A stretch of 63,974 nt of DNA, the filler included, from Octopus bimaculoides (lineage: Eukaryota): assembly GCF_001194135.2 (NCBI RefSeq). It is 8 parts of 8 records of this genome, joined end to end, with 100 filler letters (N's around TTAATTAATTAA, not from the genome) between each part and the next. Parts side by side here need not be neighbours in the genome. Positions count along the whole stretch, not along the records: positions 62,838 to 63,974 come from NW_026368566.1; 7 more parts are not named here. One strand, 5' to 3'. This document shows, in pieces, positions 63,449-63,974 of this stretch. Each line of letters opens with the position of its first letter. Position 1 is the stretch's first letter. Below the pieces are notes generated by a model, which saw nothing but the letters and a program-made list of their open reading frames with translations, searched no databases and had not been told where the DNA came from. The translations under genes were made by a program, and so were the position numbers.

Positions 63449-63974
63449 AAAAAGGAAAGGGTGGAACCTCCGCATGGGTTGATTAATGATACATCTAGTG
63501 ATGGTGTCACAATAAAACACTGGTAATTGCGTAATCTGATAATCGTTACCCCATATGAGTGACAATGGAAAAACAGAATATTGTGAATAACGGTGGTAAT
63601 GAAACTGAAGCCAATGATGGTGACAGTGTTACACCCGGTAGGCTCAGAGATACTCGTCCGGCTTCAGCCTGTCGATATCCAGAAAGGGACCACCACACAC
63701 GGCGTAGATGGAGCAAACAAATCAATGCTGTGGTCATGGAGTGTTACTACCTGAGCAGCCCGGTAGATGAAAATGGTGCTCAAATTAGGGGTTACCGACA
63801 ACGTATGTATGATCATTGGAGAGAAAAGGGACTGTTTCAACTCACGCAACAGAGACAATGTGATCAAGCTAGAGCAATAAGAAAAAATGGTTGGTTCACA
63901 GAAGTGGAACTCGAAGCTATCAATAGACGGGTCATGGAAAATAGCAACAGAGATAACAATGAAAATACAGTTCT
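63449..63974 (+). mobile_element. 5' end of an R4/Dong-like non-LTR retrotransposon; ORF open from ATG 63565 to the window end (136 codons)
   Basis: MEKQNIV..RRRWSKQINAVVMECYYLSSP..RGYRQRMYDHWREKGLFQLTQQRQCDQARAIRKNGWFTEVELEAI matches the recalled N-terminal motif of R4-clade (Dong/Rex6) ORFs (W...N..VMECYY..P..GYR.RM..W; EQRL.DQ.R.I..N.W...ELE.I). Confidence 0.72.

Overview
Eukaryotic, repeat-saturated, gappy genomic DNA, most likely from an octopus (coleoid cephalopod); the taxon is inferred from recalled SINE families, not from a search. The window is not one contiguous locus. Seven identical 100-nt joins (N44-TTAATTAATTAA-N44) split it into eight sequence blocks. Block 1 (1-19356) holds ten in-frame coding exons (983 nt, about 327 aa) of an RNF123/KPC1-type E3 ubiquitin ligase, covering the SPRY domain and the region after it; the gene is cut off at both ends. 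It has a GC-AG intron and a U12-type intron whose only in-frame solution has rare AT-AT termini. The rest is mobile and repetitive DNA: at least four tRNA-derived SINE families, Helentron-type HINEs, hAT- and piggyBac-type MITEs, decayed mariner and Tc1 transposases, an RTE LINE tail, the open 5' end of an R4/Dong-like retrotransposon next to a (TAA)n tract, minisatellites with higher-order structure, and microsatellites. The most unusual signal is a tRNA-headed SINE carrying a Penelope-type minimal hammerhead ribozyme motif, with a second, intact hammerhead copy inverted just upstream (46495-47047). A second hammerhead family lies at 51143-51179. Almost all ORFs in the supplied track are artefacts of microsatellites or N-runs. 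Repeat boundaries are approximate unless termini are quoted.
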